64,000 bases of DNA from Octopus sinensis. Taxonomy: Eukaryota. Location of the stretch: contig NC_043011.1 in NCBI RefSeq assembly GCF_006345805.1, positions 13,528,464 to 13,592,463 on the forward strand, given 5' to 3'. Below, one piece after another: positions 25,871 through 40,015 of the stretch (position 1 is its first letter; the number at the start of each line of letters is the position of its first letter). A program made the position numbers and the translations under genes. The notes under the pieces are model-generated. The model searched no databases. It had not been told where the DNA came from and saw only the letters and a list, made by a program, of their open reading frames with translations.

Positions 25871-26482
25871 TTCAGACTCATGCTGGCAATGCTAATACTG
25901 CTTTTCTTCTCTTCGTCTTTTTCGCATTAAGAACGAACAGCCATCGGCTGCGGCACGCTGATCAGTGTGAAGCAAAGTAGCATTCGTTTAGAACACATTT
26001 TCTAGTCTCCTCCACCCTTCACATTGTGTGTAAGAAGTACTGTTCTTAATTGCCTGCTAAGTCGTCGACTGTGCTGCCGAGCTGCTAACGCCACCTCTTT
26101 TTACCTTCAAAACGGCGTTATATAACACACTGGACCGCCAATGTGCAGGTTTGCAGCTACACACTCTCAGTCTGTTAAGCCTGTATGTGTAACCACTCCA
26201 CCATCACTGCTGGATTTTCAAGCAGAACAAATAACGTTTTGCATGATAATCATTTATTTTGAATGTTGTTAAGCTTAACAATGGCACAAATATATGGGAC
26301 AGCTGGCATTTACAACATTCCTAGTTTTTTCTTTTTTTCATTTTTTTTTAATAGTTTTCCCTCTCGCCATGGCTTTCAGCATTCTTGAGCGGATGTGTTC
26401 TACATCTGACAATTAAGTTCAGACTCGACACCACGCTACTCTTTGCCATGATGCCGATCTGTTGACATATGACTCTACAGGT

Positions 26483-26700
26483 AAACGTTAGTACGCCGGG
26501 CGAAATGCTTAGCGGTATTTCGTCTGCGTTACGTTCTGAGTTCAAAATTCCGCCGAGGTCGACTTTGCCTTTCATCCTTTCGGGGTCGATAAATTAAGTA
26601 CCAGTTACGCACTGGGGTCGATGTAATCGACTTAATACCTATGTCTGTCCTTGTTTGTCCCCTCTGTGTTTAGCCTCTTGTGGGTAATAAAGAAATAGGT
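26483..26700 (+). mobile_element. SINE family A
   Basis: Family-A consensus including the gtttgtcccctctgtgtttagcc tail. Confidence 0.88.
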
Positions 26701-27107
26701 ACTACTACCCATAGAAAAGCAGGATTTGTAATCGATGTTTACTCCCCAAGATCCTATAGATTTGCTGTATTCTATTAAAAGCAAGGGCTGCCTTGTGAAG
26801 GATGTGATTTTAGAAATCATGCACAGCAGTCTTAGCTGTGGAAAGGTTAGGAGATCTTCCCTTGACTTCAACAAACACGCGATATATCCGGTTCCCAAAG
26901 TTCAGGAAGACCTGTCGTGTAAGTGATCCATCAAAGGTTTGCTCATAATCGCTTCACACTGCTCTGTCTACTTCACTAAGCACTCTCCACCCTTGACACC
27001 CGGAGTCCAGGTAGATCAGGAGAGTTAACAGTCTTTGTAATTTTATATTTGCTAGTTTAGGTGATGCACATACATACATACATAGGTATATATATATATT
27101 ATATATA

Positions 27108-27141
<34 letters not shown>

Positions 27142-27142
27142 C

Positions 27143-27246
<104 letters not shown>

Positions 27247-27247
27247 C

Positions 27248-27342
<95 letters not shown>

Positions 27343-28149
27343 TCATACACACGTGTGATGTGTGTGTATGTGTGTGTGGGTGTGTGGGGGTGTATGTGTG
27401 TGTGTGATTGCGTGCACGGGCATGTGGTATGTGTATACGCTAAATAAATACCAAATGCGAAAGCATTGTTTGATTGCTTAGTGTCGATCAATGGTATATT
27501 GTTGTATGGACATGCATTACAATACAGTTCACAATGCTGTTTAAATTACTCAAGAAACCAGACTGGATGAATGTGAAAGATCATAGACTTTTACATTTTA
27601 TGTAAACAGTCCTTCTGTTCGTTTCAAGTAATTTATATTGATAAAGTGATAAGTATGACAATCTGCAACTAGAGTTCAAAAGCAAAACAATGGAGATATT
27701 TATTTATTCAACTAGGTCTGACATAATCTTTTCATGGCCATTTTTAGGTGTTGAAGGATTCCGCTGCTGTACGGATGTGGATCTCTCCCTCGCCGAAATA
27801 TGACAAAATCAGGCTCATGGGATTTTTGTAGGTCCTCCTAAACTGCTGAGATTGCAACCATTAATGTTTCTCTTAAATCTTTCTCGGTCAACATGTGCGG
27901 GAAAGATATGAACAGAAAGGGAATTCTAGAAGGTCGACGCTCTGGGGAGGGCGTGAGGATTAGAGAAGGGCCATAAATAGGGGTAGTAGATACTACAAAG
28001 GCGATGGGAGGAAAAGAGACGAGAAAAAAAGAAATGCCTGATTGGAAGTGGTTCGAGCCTACCAGACTGAAGGATTAGGGGTTTTGTAGGAGTAGTTGAA
28101 ATGGCAGAGAAATGAGATCGCCCGATTTTAGGCCCGATGATGGTATTGT

Positions 28150-29110
28150 GTGTTTTTGAGTGACTTCAACTCACGTGGTCCTTTTCTGGATGTTGTTTAG
28201 GATGTTTGTGGGTGCAGAAACTGCAACGTCCTTGATGTGTGCGTAATACTCCGCTACCAGGCGCTTTACCATAATAGATCTGTTTAATAAAGTTTACCTC
28301 TTCCAGGAAGGTTGGCTCCAGAGACAGTCCCGGTATTTCAGCGTGCTGTGGAATAGACATTTTGACGTCATCATTAGTGACTGAGGTGGAGTTCAACACG
28401 GCTTCGAAGTGATCTTTCCATGGTTTCAGGATGTCAGATTTGTCAGTCAACAATGTCTCTCTTTTCGATGAAAAAATCGGAGTAACACCGTGCTCTTGAG
28501 GACCATACACTTCCTTGAGACCATCATAAAAGGCTTTAGAATCCTTTCTGTCTGCAGCTTCTTGGAGTTCAGTAGCCTTGGAAGACCACCAACTACCTTC
28601 ATCTGTCTCAGAACACATTGGACCCGGCCTCTGCATTTCTTGTAGGCATTCTCTTTTCTGGATGAGTTATTATCATTTATCCATGTTTTGTAAGAGTTGT
28701 GCATTCTATCTGTCAACAGTTGGAAACCTGTGTTGTTATCGTTGAACCAATCTTGATGTTTACGAACAGGGATTCCAAGAGCCTCAACAGATGCAGAGTG
28801 CGTTGCATCAATCAGAGCCTTCCAAGATGATTCTATGTCATCATTGATATCAACAGCGTTGAGTGCAGTGTCCAACTTGATAGAGAGCTCAGCCTGCTTT
28901 TCAACAGTTTTCAAAGGCAGAACATTAATGCGCCAAGGCACTGGTGACTTTAGTTCAAGGGCAACCAGTGCTGTTTTTCGTTTTGGTGCTGAGTGACTGT
29001 CTTGGAGAGTGCGCACAGTCCAAGAACCAAGGTTAATATTCTCAAATTTCTTCATGTTTCAACTGCGTTGTTGAATAACCAGACAACTGTGGTGGGCTGC
29101 CAAGTTTCAG
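28150..29110 (-). mobile_element. RTE-clade LINE fragment with an internal deletion
   Basis: INLGSWTVRTLQD..KRKTALVALEL jumps straight to linker sequence RKHQDWFNDNN..; second frame ELQEAADRKDSKAFYDGLKEVYGPQ..KAPG. Confidence 0.85.
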
Positions 29111-29276
29111 GTGAGTAAGAAATGTTCGGGACTACTTTTCTTGCCCCTTCCCCTGTTGGGAAAAGCAGTGCTGTATCTAAACAGACTTGCTTTGTCATAA
29201 AAATAAACAAACGCTACAAACACGCATGCACACACACACACAGATACATACATACATGCATACATACATACATACA

Positions 29277-29307
<31 letters not shown>

Positions 29308-29389
29308 GATACAAAGACACATACACTCACACGCACACACAGGCACACACGTACACACACACACATACATATACATTATATATGTGTGT

Positions 29390-29623
29390 GTGTGGTCTGA
29401 TCAATAAGTATCCGGACTATTGCCATAATAACGAAGCTAAAGGACGCACACTGAAGCCGCTTGGCACAAATTGACTTTGAACTCTTTTGTGCATGCGCAC
29501 TAAGTTTTAATCTCCTACCTCACTCCCGCTGTTTGCAGCAGTGCTTGGAAGTAACGTGTGTAGCGTGTGTTCATCGCATTGATCATGGAAGAAAAAGTTG
29601 AACAGAGAATCTGCATCAAATTT
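29390..29623 (+). mobile_element. mariner-type transposon 5' end (TIR plus transposase N-terminus)
   Basis: gtggtctgatcaataagtatccggact TIR-like start. MEEKVEQRICIKF at 29585-29623, then truncated. Confidence 0.65.
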
Positions 29624-31436
29624 AGATTCATATTTAATCTATGTTTTATTTATATTGTATAAATAAAATAAACGAAGTTCCAATACAAATACGTAGCGCG
29701 TTTTCTGGCGCACCTCACTGCAATGCCATGCTCACGACTTCAATCTTTCCGATTACAATGTTAATAAATGCATGAATGCACCCACTGAAGCTTGATAGAG
29801 ATAAACAGAGACAAGTATAATTCTGTGACCTCTTCAACGACTCTCTGTCCCATGTGTCACCTCTTGTTCCATTTTGTCCCTCGACAAAATGGAATAGACA
29901 GGACAAGAGCATGGGACAGAAAAAAAGAACTTGACGAACAAATAAACTGACAAAAAATAATAATACTAATTAAATTAAATTGAAGATCAAATAAATAGTA
30001 CGTGTGTTTAATTGGCAAAGGATGACCCATCCCCAAATCTAACAATATAGTAAAAGTTTCTATTTAAACCTTTTTTCCTTAACAGCCACAATTCAGTATA
30101 TCTGTATGTATGTATGTATGTATGTATGTATGTATGTATGTATGTATGTACATGAAGCCCAGTTACAACTACAGCCGGCTATTACCGGTAAAGGATTTAG
30201 TTGCCAATTCTATACAAGACATTGTAGATCTTTAGCTGGGCTAAAAAGTCACATTCGATCACAGCACCAGTAACAGTTAAGCTTCGTGCAATGGCCATAC
30301 TCGATAACGAGGGGGAAGCTATAATGTATACGTGTATGCGTGTATATATGCATGTATATATGGGTGTGTGTGTTTGTGCACGCGCGCATGTATACATTTG
30401 GTTCACTTCATTCCTCTGATCATTGTTTTCATGAAAGATGATAACGAGGTGATCACAATTATCATTTAGTGAACAGACAATGCGTGGTGGCTGGGATTCC
30501 TTTCTATCAAAATTGATAAGACCGTCCATTTTATTTCAATTTCGACTGACTCCCCAAATGTCAAACTGCTTCTCAGAGTTGGACTGATCCTCAAAGTCAG
30601 ACTATTTCTTCTCGTCTAACTGCGTTTCTATTGCTAGACTGCTTTTCAACCGTCTGGTCGTTTCCAGACTGTTTGAGTGTTCGTCCATCAACAGCTTTCA
30701 AGTATTGTACAATAAATATAAAAATACATGGTTTATCTTTTTTGGTATATGTCATTCATTGCTTTTTAAATTGAAGTTACTTACCATTTTCAGTTTGAAC
30801 TTTCCGTCGTTTTATAAATGATTTCAGTATAATTCTGAAAGGGCCATCACCCTAAATCTGTAACATTTAAATATCATATTTAAAGAGAAACGCTTTAAGT
30901 TTTTTCTGAAATTTATGCCTTTCTTTCAATTATACTAAGACAAAAATTAACTAGTTTCTGAAACAAGCTTCTCTCATGCTTTGTGCTGTAGGACTTACTG
31001 ATTAAAATCTTTTCGTTGTAAAATTATCAGGAAATGGATAATTTTAAATTTCGAAATTGGAAAAAAGGTGAAGAAGAGAGTGTGGGAGAAAGATACAGGA
31101 AGAAAGAAAATGAAAAAAAAAATAGAGGAAAAAAAAAGAGTGTATACGGGCGTGTATACGAATGTATGTGCATATGTCTGTATTAGCGTGTGAATGTATA
31201 CACATTACACACACATGTGTGTGTGTGTAATGTCGACTTCCTCATTTGTCCTTCGCTTATTACATTCTGCTCTTTGAGAAGATACTTCCACTAGTTCTAT
31301 ATTTGCTACCTACTCTACAAACTTACACGTTCTCATTAACCTACACCCACACAAGTGTAATACATTCTCTTCTAATACAAAGTAAGTGAGTTCGAGTTAA
31401 GCGCCTGACTCTTATGAGATCATTTATTCATCTATT

Positions 31437-31833
31437 GGATTTTTTTCGGTTTGAATGGCAGTTTTTTCTAGCGGTGTCATATGAAATTGTCACCCATAAT
31501 TATGACCCTAGTATCGATCTATTGCATTTCAATCTGTTTTAGGGTTAGGATTAGTTAGGGTTAGGGGTGAGGAGAAGGGTATCTTTTTTTTCTTCAGATA
31601 TGTAAATAAACCCAATCTGTTTTTTAAACGAGGGACATATTCATACGGCACAGAATCTTTTTTACCTCAATGGACGTCATTGATTGGTTGAAAGTGCAGA
31701 AATTGAAGAAAAAACAACAAATATCTTACAAACTATAGAATTTTCTCAATAAAGCCAACCAGTATACGAAGTTTAAAATTTTTTAGTTACCTAGAATTTA
31801 TGTTAAAAACTGCCGTTCAAACCGAAGAGATCC
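31437..31833. mobile_element. MITE (Merlin-like), copy 4
   Basis: TIRs with 8-bp TSD CATCTATT. Confidence 0.92.
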
Positions 31834-32134
31834 CATCTATTTATTATGAAACAACAGAGGATTAAATAGTGCAGCAGTCTACGAAGGACAGAGAAGTTTA
31901 TTGCTTGTGAAAAAATGTTGTTTGGTAAGTCTGAAAGATAAGTACGGCGTCGATGGCGTAATATGGAGTGATTGGGAAGAGAGCGAGGAAGTGAGGTTAG
32001 AAGAGTTGGCGTTTCAGATGCATTGTTGTGAGTAGTGTTATGGAGAACATCAAGAGAAAAGAGGAACATCCACAAGATAAAGGCAGGGCAAGTGTTTAAT
32101 ACAAAGTCTGGAAGAGAAAGACAGAGATAGATTT

Positions 32135-32198
<64 letters not shown>

Positions 32199-32982
32199 GG
32201 GAAGGAGGAGAAGAAAGCGAGAGAGGAGGAAAGATAAAGAAGGGGAGATGAGTGCTTGAAATATGTGCTTCGAAATAGAAGCGTTTTTTTATAAGGGCTT
32301 TAGAAAAGACAAAGAACAAAGTTAATTTAAAGGTAGTGGCAACAGTAGGGTGGAGGTGGTGGTAGTGGTTGTAGCAGCAGCAGCAGTAGTAGTAGTAGTA
32401 GTAGTAGCAGTAGTAGTAGTAGTAGTAGAAGTAGTAGTAGTAGTAGTTATAGTGGTAGAAGAAGTAGTAGTAGCGGTGTTTAGTTCTCGAGTCGTCCAAG
32501 AATAAGTGTTCACAACTTCCTCTTTTTAGACATTGTAGTATTTAGAACTACATTATACAATGTGTCTTTACTTATGAAGACCCTGGAAGATATGGGTGCT
32601 ATTTCTTGAAGGTCATGTGCGCATGTAGAGCAGGGGCTCGCAACCAGGCATGTCCGCAGTTCAGGCATGTGAGACGGCATTTCAGAGACTCCGAGAAAAA
32701 AAAACTAAAATAAAAAAATGGGAAAGAATATTCATTATTAAAACCCGTTTTCAGAATACAGTTACAACCTAAATCTGAAAAATGACTTTATTTTATTAAG
32801 CACACCAATAACTTTATCATACCGTTGTACATACCGATTACAAAAATGTAATCAAGAGTCAGAGGGTTAGAAAAGGCTGGAAATCACTGATATAGTAATT
32901 TCTTCGTTGAATGATTGCTGGAAGAACGACGAGCCGGCAGAATTGTTAGATCGTTGAAAAAATCCTTTGCGGTATTTGTTGT

Positions 32983-33351
32983 GGCGGCGAGCTGGCAGAT
33001 AAGGCGGCGAGCTGGTAGATAAGGCGGCGAGCTGGCAGAAAGGCGGCGAGCTGGCAGAAAGGCGGCGAGCTGGCAGAAAGGCGGCGAGCTGGCAGAAAGG
33101 CGACGAGCTGGCAGAAAGGCGGCGAGCTGGCAGAATCGCTAGCACGCCGGGCGAAATGCTTGGCGGTATTTCGTCTGCCGCTACGTTCTGAGTTCAAATT
33201 CCGCCGAGGTCGACTTTGCCTTTCATCATTTCGGGGTCGATACATTAAGTACCAGTTACGCACTGGGGTCAATATAATCGACTTAATCCGTTTGTCTGTC
33301 CTTGTTTGTCCTCTCTGTGTTTAGCCCCTTGTGTGTAGTAAAGAAATAGGT
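32983..33351 (+). mobile_element. SINE family A with an eightfold repeated 5' end
   Basis: Eight tandem GGCGGCGAGCTGGCAGA(T)AA units, the last continuing into a normal SINE body. Confidence 0.9.
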
Positions 33352-33667
33352 ATTTGTTCTGAGTCAACAACAAACTTGGGCAAGTCTCTTGTACTTTAAC
33401 TTCGGGCCGACGACCAATGCTTTGTGAATGAAATTTGGTAGATGAAAATTGTACGAAAGCGCATCTTACACACATGCACACCTATATACATATATGAGAT
33501 TATGTAAATGGTAAGGGAACGAGAAATTATGCAATGCACTTCATTAGCATACAGCTATTTCTGCTATAAGATGCAGTGTACTCATGGTTGAGTGCCTGTG
33601 TATCACCTAACAGCTTCGTCGGAGCTATGTATATTGAGTTCTACCACCAGGTAACGCTATGCCTAAG

Positions 33668-33761
<94 letters not shown>

Positions 33762-33778
33762 TAGATAGATAGAGAGAG

Positions 33779-33844
<66 letters not shown>

Positions 33845-33860
33845 TAAATCCCAAAAAATC

Positions 33861-36090
33861 GAAGAACAAACACAAACAAACAACGCGTGGACGTGGTACA
33901 TGCAAAATATTAGCAGACGCTCAAGGAAGGAAAGAAAGGTGGTTTTACGTTTCGAGCAAACGCTCTTCTTCAGAAAAGGAAGACGGAGGAAAAGAATCGC
34001 CAACGATTTATATGAGGTTACATTTTGAAATAACCGGAAGGGAATGGGTAAAGAAAAAGTCCTCTCTAAGACAGGGGAGTGTAAGAAAAGGAGGTATCTG
34101 TGTGTATGTGTGGGTATGTGCGTGCGCACAAGTCTGTATGTATGTGTATGTGCTGTGTGTGTGGTGTTTATGTGGTGTTGGCTGTTTATATGTGTATGTG
34201 TGTAGGAAGAATTCAGTAGCATGGTGACAGGAGTGGTGGTCCTTTGTGTAGTTGTGTGCCTCTTCACATGTGTGTAGAGGAATGGTCAGTAGAAAGGTGT
34301 TTCACTGGCAGTTTGAAGTATGTGTGTATGTATGTGTGCGCGTGTATGTATAAGGTGTGTGAGTTTTGTGTGTAGTGTGTGTATGCGTCTGAATATTTAC
34401 GTGTGGGAATGTGTGTGTGTATATGTGCGTGCGTGTATGTGTGTCTATGTGCGTGTGTGTATGTGTGTGTGCGTGGGGTTGTGTGTAGGGTTGTTTGTGG
34501 GGTTGCTTGTGTGGAGTTGTGTGCAATTATAAAAAAATTAATGCAATTAAAAAGTTTAAAAATTCGACGCAAAAAAACCCCCATGAAATATCGAAAAATA
34601 GGTAACAGTATATAAAGGTAAGTGGGTATAAGAGAGGACAAAATAAGATAAAATAAAATAAAATAAAATAAAAAGTTGCTTTTTTTAAGGAGGGTGTAGA
34701 GACAGTCGTTAAGAGGAGGGGGTTGTGTTGAGTCCGAAAGGAATTTGTGTTTGTAGACTGAAAATGTAATGCTGTTCTAGGCGGAGTCGTGAGTGTGTGG
34801 ATCCGTGGTGCAGGGCGAGGCCAAAAAACGGAAATATTAGAGTGGAGATGTTGGCCAAGCGGAAATGACGGGTGATTAAGGTGTTCGTGCGTAGCCGAAA
34901 ATCTTTCAGATGTTCGTGGAACCGGCCGGCCAGCCGGCGGCCTGTCTAACCAACTTAGAGTTTATTGCAGAGATTACATCTAATGCAAATTTCTTAGACT
35001 CCGCCGGTTACGATGACGAGGGTCCCAGCTGATACGATCAACGGAACAGCTTGCTCGTGAAATTAACGTGCAAATGGCTGAGCATTCCACAGACACGTGT
35101 ACCCTTAACGTAGTTCTCGGGGATAATCAGCGTGACACAGAGAGTGACAAGGCTGACCCTTTGAAATACAAGTACAACTCATTTTTGCCAGCTGAGTGGA
35201 CTGGAGCAACGTGAAATAAAGTGTCTTGCTCAAGGACACAACGCGTCGCCGGGAATCGAACTCACAACCTTACGATCATGAGCCGAATGCCCTAACCACT
35301 AAGCCACGCGCCCTCACCCTAATGCAAATAGATAAGGCTTGAAGAGGTGCAGGAGAAGGAGTTTCTAATGTGGAAAGTATGCTGGTTGGATCCAGTGAAG
35401 GAGGTGGTATTGGTGATGAAAGGGCAAGTGTGACAGCGGGATTTAGAGCAAGAGAAGGATCCGGGAGGACCTGGGGGAGGGGAAAAGAAGGTGCTGCGGA
35501 TCAGTAAACCGTGTAGGTTACGGGCGCGTTTAAAGGAGGACGGGGGGTAGGGGGGTGTAGGGTCTAGCTGGAGACGACGGAAGGCCCGTAGGAGAAACTG
35601 GGAGTAGGGGATGGCCCGTTTGGTGTGGGAGGGATGGAACGAGAAAAGGATGAGGTAGAAGTGGGAATCTGCGGGTCCCGAATTCGTCACAGTGGGGCGT
35701 GAGAGGTGTGAAGCGGAAACCCTTGCTGAGGAGTGAGCGTTCGGCAGCGAACAGGGGAAGGTTGGGTGGTATAGTGACAACAACGCGAGGAAGCAGGGTT
35801 GAGGTTTAGGGAGAGGGGTATAGAGGTGTGGGATGAGGGTTGGAATTGATGGGTGGGTAAGGGTAAGGTGGGAATGTCCAAGTGGGGCGTGTGGGTGGGT
35901 GGAAGGTGCAGGAGTGGGGTACAGGTGGGAATGCCCGGGTGAGGGGCGTATGGTAGTGTGGAGGGTGCCAGGGGATAAGTGTGGTGGTTGCGGGAGTGGG
36001 AGGGGTTGGGGGATGAAGGGAAGGTGTCGGGGGATGTTGGAGGGGAATGGAGGGGGAAGGGTTGAGGAGGCGGTGGAGTTTTTGTAGTTC
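33861..36090 (-). mobile_element. Penelope-like element 3' portion: GIY-YIG endonuclease, 3' UTR and hammerhead-bearing pLTR
   Basis: RARNLHGLLIRS..CSKSRCHTCPFI..FSCTSSSLIY [SINE] CIRCNLCNKL*VG*TGRRLAGRFHEH..RLEQHYIFSLQTQIPFGLN. Motif CTGAAGAA-GAGC-GTTT-GCTC-GAAACGTA lies at about 33946-33973. Confidence 0.88.
34991..35318 (-). mobile_element. tRNA-derived SINE family D (CORE/Meta-like centre) inserted in the GIY-YIG motif
   Basis: Head GGGCGCGTGGCTTAGTGGTTAGGG, B box GAGTTCGATTC, GTGTCCTTGAGCAAGACACTT, and 11-bp TSD CTAATGCAAAT. Confidence 0.9.
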
Positions 36091-36995
36091 TGTAGTCTGT
36101 GGTCAACAATATGTATGTTTGGGATGTCCGATGTAGTCTGACCCATGATGTTGGTCTTCTTGAGTCTGATAACTAAGCCAAAGTATTTTCATGCTTGCTC
36201 AAAGCAGTTGATGAACCTTTGCAGGGCTTCTTCTGAGTGTGATACCAGAGCAGCAGCATCTGCAAAGAACGTCTCTTTGATCAGGACGCTTCTGATTTTG
36301 GTCTTGGCACTCAGACGCGAGAGATTGAACAGTTTCCCGTCACTTCAAAGGCATGTGACAGCAGCAGCGAGAAGATGCCAAATAATGTAGGTACAAGGAC
36401 ACAACCTTGCTTTACCCCGTTATTTATTTGGAAAGCGGCTGATGTTGAACCATCGTGCTATATGGTGCCTTGCATATCATCATGGAAAGATTCGATGATC
36501 TTCAGCAGCTTTGGTGGACATCAGATTTTTTGAAGCAGGATGAAGAGACCTTTTCTACTGACCTAGTCAAAGGCCTTTGTCAGATCAATGAAGGCCATAT
36601 ATAATGGCATTTTCTGCTCTCTGGACTTCTCCTGAAGTTGGCGTATGGAGAATATCATGTCAATAGTTGATCTGCTTCTAAAGCCACACTGCGATTCTAG
36701 ATAAATTCGAGAAGCAAGCAGTTGTAGCCTGGACAGGATAACGCGAGCAAAGGTCTTTCCAACAATGCTTAGAAGAGATATTCCACGGTAATTGTTGCAA
36801 TCACCATGGTCACCTTTGCTTTTGTAAAGCGTGATGATGTTAGTATCCCACATATCCTGAGGGACTGCACCCTCTTCCCAGCACTGACACAGAAGCTCAT
36901 AAAGGTGCTGAAGCAGGGCGGTGTTTTTGCCGGCTTTGATGATCTCTGAGGGGATGTCGTCTTTTCCCAGAGCCTTTCCACCGGCTAGGGAGTCA

Positions 36996-36996
<1 letters not shown>
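36090..36996 (-). mobile_element. RTE-clade LINE reverse transcriptase fragment
   Basis: KALGKDDIPSE..CNNYRGISLLSIVGKTFAR..SQCGFR..MAFIDLTKAFD, then GVKQGCVL and FFADAAAL in other frames. Confidence 0.92.
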
Positions 36997-37059
<63 letters not shown>

Positions 37060-37633
37060 ACAGACACACACACACACACACACACACACAATATATATAT
37101 ATATATAAATGTATGTGTATGTGTGTGTGTTTGTCTTACCACGACCGCTTGACAACCGGTGTTGGTGTGTTTATGTTCCCGTAAACTAGCTGTTGGGCAA
37201 AAGTGATCGATAAAATAAATATCAGACTTACAAACAGTACTGAGGTCAATTCGTTCGACTAAAAATTCTTCGAAGCCATGCCCCAGCATTGCTACAGATC
37301 GAAACAGATAACAGATAAAAGACACACACACACACTGCAACCTCATAGTGTGGCGTCGTTTGGGTATGTGCCGCCCGGGTTGGACCGCCCTCACCATCTC
37401 CGCTCTCACAGCTACGCTACCGCTACCTGAAGAGGACAGGAACGATTTTCTTCAAATAACTGTAAAATGTGATGGAAACGAGATGATGTAATGAGAGAAA
37501 GATGATTCGACAGAGGGTGCAATGAGGGTCTCTCTTTGAGCTATCGAATGGAAATGATTTTATGAGGAAATTTCTCTTCAATAAACGTATTTGAATGTTG
37601 TGTGTGTGTGTGTGTGTGTGGTGTGTGTGTGTG

Positions 37634-37667
<34 letters not shown>

Positions 37668-37984
37668 GTTTAAACTTGATAGATCTCATGGGTAGTTCTG
37701 TTAAGTTTACACATTGTGACAATCTATAGAGAAAAAGAAAGTTGGAAAGAAACAGAGAGTGAGAGAGAGAGAGAGAAGGAGGGGAGAGCGAAAGAGACAG
37801 ATTCACTGAGAGAGTGTGAGAGAGAGAGAGAGAGAGAAAGAAAGAGAGACATAAGAAAAACGAAGTAAAGAAAACACGAAAAAAAAGAAAGTGCTGGAAA
37901 ATATTGTACGAGATGTGGAGATGGTGGGGGAAAGATAATGAAGAAGAGAAGATGATTGAGAAACAAAGGAGAACAGAGGGTAGT

Positions 37985-38032
<48 letters not shown>

Positions 38033-38523
38033 GTGAGAGAGAGAGTGAAAGAGAGAGAGAGAGAGAGAATGAAAGATAAAGAAAGACAAGGCGAGAAAGA
38101 GAAAAAGGAAGAGAACGAGAGAGGGGGGATAAGGCATAATTGAGGAAAAGACCACTTGAAAATATTTACCATTATTTTTTTAGCTATTTTTACTTGTTAA
38201 ATCTTCCCTGATAGTAAGCACCAGCGTCGTTTGAGATAATGATAATATGTGACACTGTTCAGGGTAGACAGAATTTAGCGGAGGCTGACATGCGCAACCC
38301 GTCACGTCGTTCAACGTGCTCACGTGAAATACAAACTGCGAATTGCCCTTCACTATCTTTTTATATCATTTTGGAACATAGTTTCGAAATTTTTGCTTCA
38401 GAATGTTGGCAAATGTCAGAGTTAGGAGTTGTGTAGGTGAGACGGCAGCAGTATTCTTACAGACTTTGATGCTCTTACATAGACTCAGCAAGCGACAATT
38501 TTCATTATTTCTTCATTCACCTT

Positions 38524-38524
38524 T

Positions 38525-38572
<48 letters not shown>

Positions 38573-38612
38573 CCTATCTATCTATCTATCTATCTATCTA
38601 CCTGTCTATCTG

Positions 38613-38696
<84 letters not shown>

Positions 38697-38729
38697 CCTG
38701 TCTATCTGTCTATCTATCTATCTCTCTAC

Positions 38730-38817
<88 letters not shown>

Positions 38818-38833
38818 TATCTATCGATCTATA

Positions 38834-38891
<58 letters not shown>

Positions 38892-38900
38892 TTGTCTGTC
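38524..38900. repeat. Long (TCTA)n tetranucleotide array
   Basis: Read directly. Confidence 0.97.
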
Positions 38901-39330
38901 TATCAGTCTGCTTGTCTATCTACCTCTCTTTTCCATACTATAGAATTTAATATACGTGTTGAACTAATTCTAAAACGAAATAGAGAAGCAAAGCAATGCA
39001 TATGTTGAATAAAAACCTTTCTGTGTTAGGGCTTCGGGTTTGTAGGGTTTTTGGGTGATAAGCTATATTCTTGTGACTTCAGAATCAAGCGGAAATCTGG
39101 GAATGAACGGAAGGAGTATCTCTTGAAAGATTATTTTAACTTGTTATTTGCTTCAAACTTATCAATAAACACTCGTGAATAAATAGAAATATACTTGGCG
39201 AACAATCTCCTTGAAACTTGACATTACAAGTTAATATACACCAAAAATAAACATTGATGTCGACATGCCGGCGGTTATGAGTAAAAAAAAAAAAATCAGT
39301 TGACAAAATCTATTCCACTCTCTTCCAGTT

Positions 39331-39361
<31 letters not shown>

Positions 39362-39386
39362 TTTCTATTATTATTATATTTTATTA

Positions 39387-39422
<36 letters not shown>

Positions 39423-39814
39423 GTAAGCCACATGTATATTATTTCAGCATTGTACTTGTAGTGATGGTAATGTTCGTTGGAGAGTGGTGGGTACGTGATG
39501 CAGAGGGAGTGTAATGGTTGGTAACGAAAATAATAAAAAAATCTAGATTTATGGCCAATCGCACATAGAAAGACAGATTAGTCAGGCTGCGAGCAAACAA
39601 AGAACAAACACAATGCTAAGATGTGGCGGGAACAAAGGGTTCATGATTTACTTATACAACAGTAATTGCAATTAATTATTATTATCATAAGGGGGGCCAT
39701 TTAAGTCGACAATACATATTATTGATAACAACACTCGTCTTCACAACTACCCTCTTTCGACCCCCTTATATATATAATATATATATATTATATATATATA
39801 TATATAGATATATA

Positions 39815-39932
<118 letters not shown>

Positions 39933-39967
39933 CTATCTATCTATCTATCTCATCCCATATATATATA

Positions 39968-40015
<48 letters not shown>

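Noticed and set aside
32983-33135. CRISPR-like direct repeats
   Set aside because: No spacers and eukaryotic context; it is a tandem SINE head.
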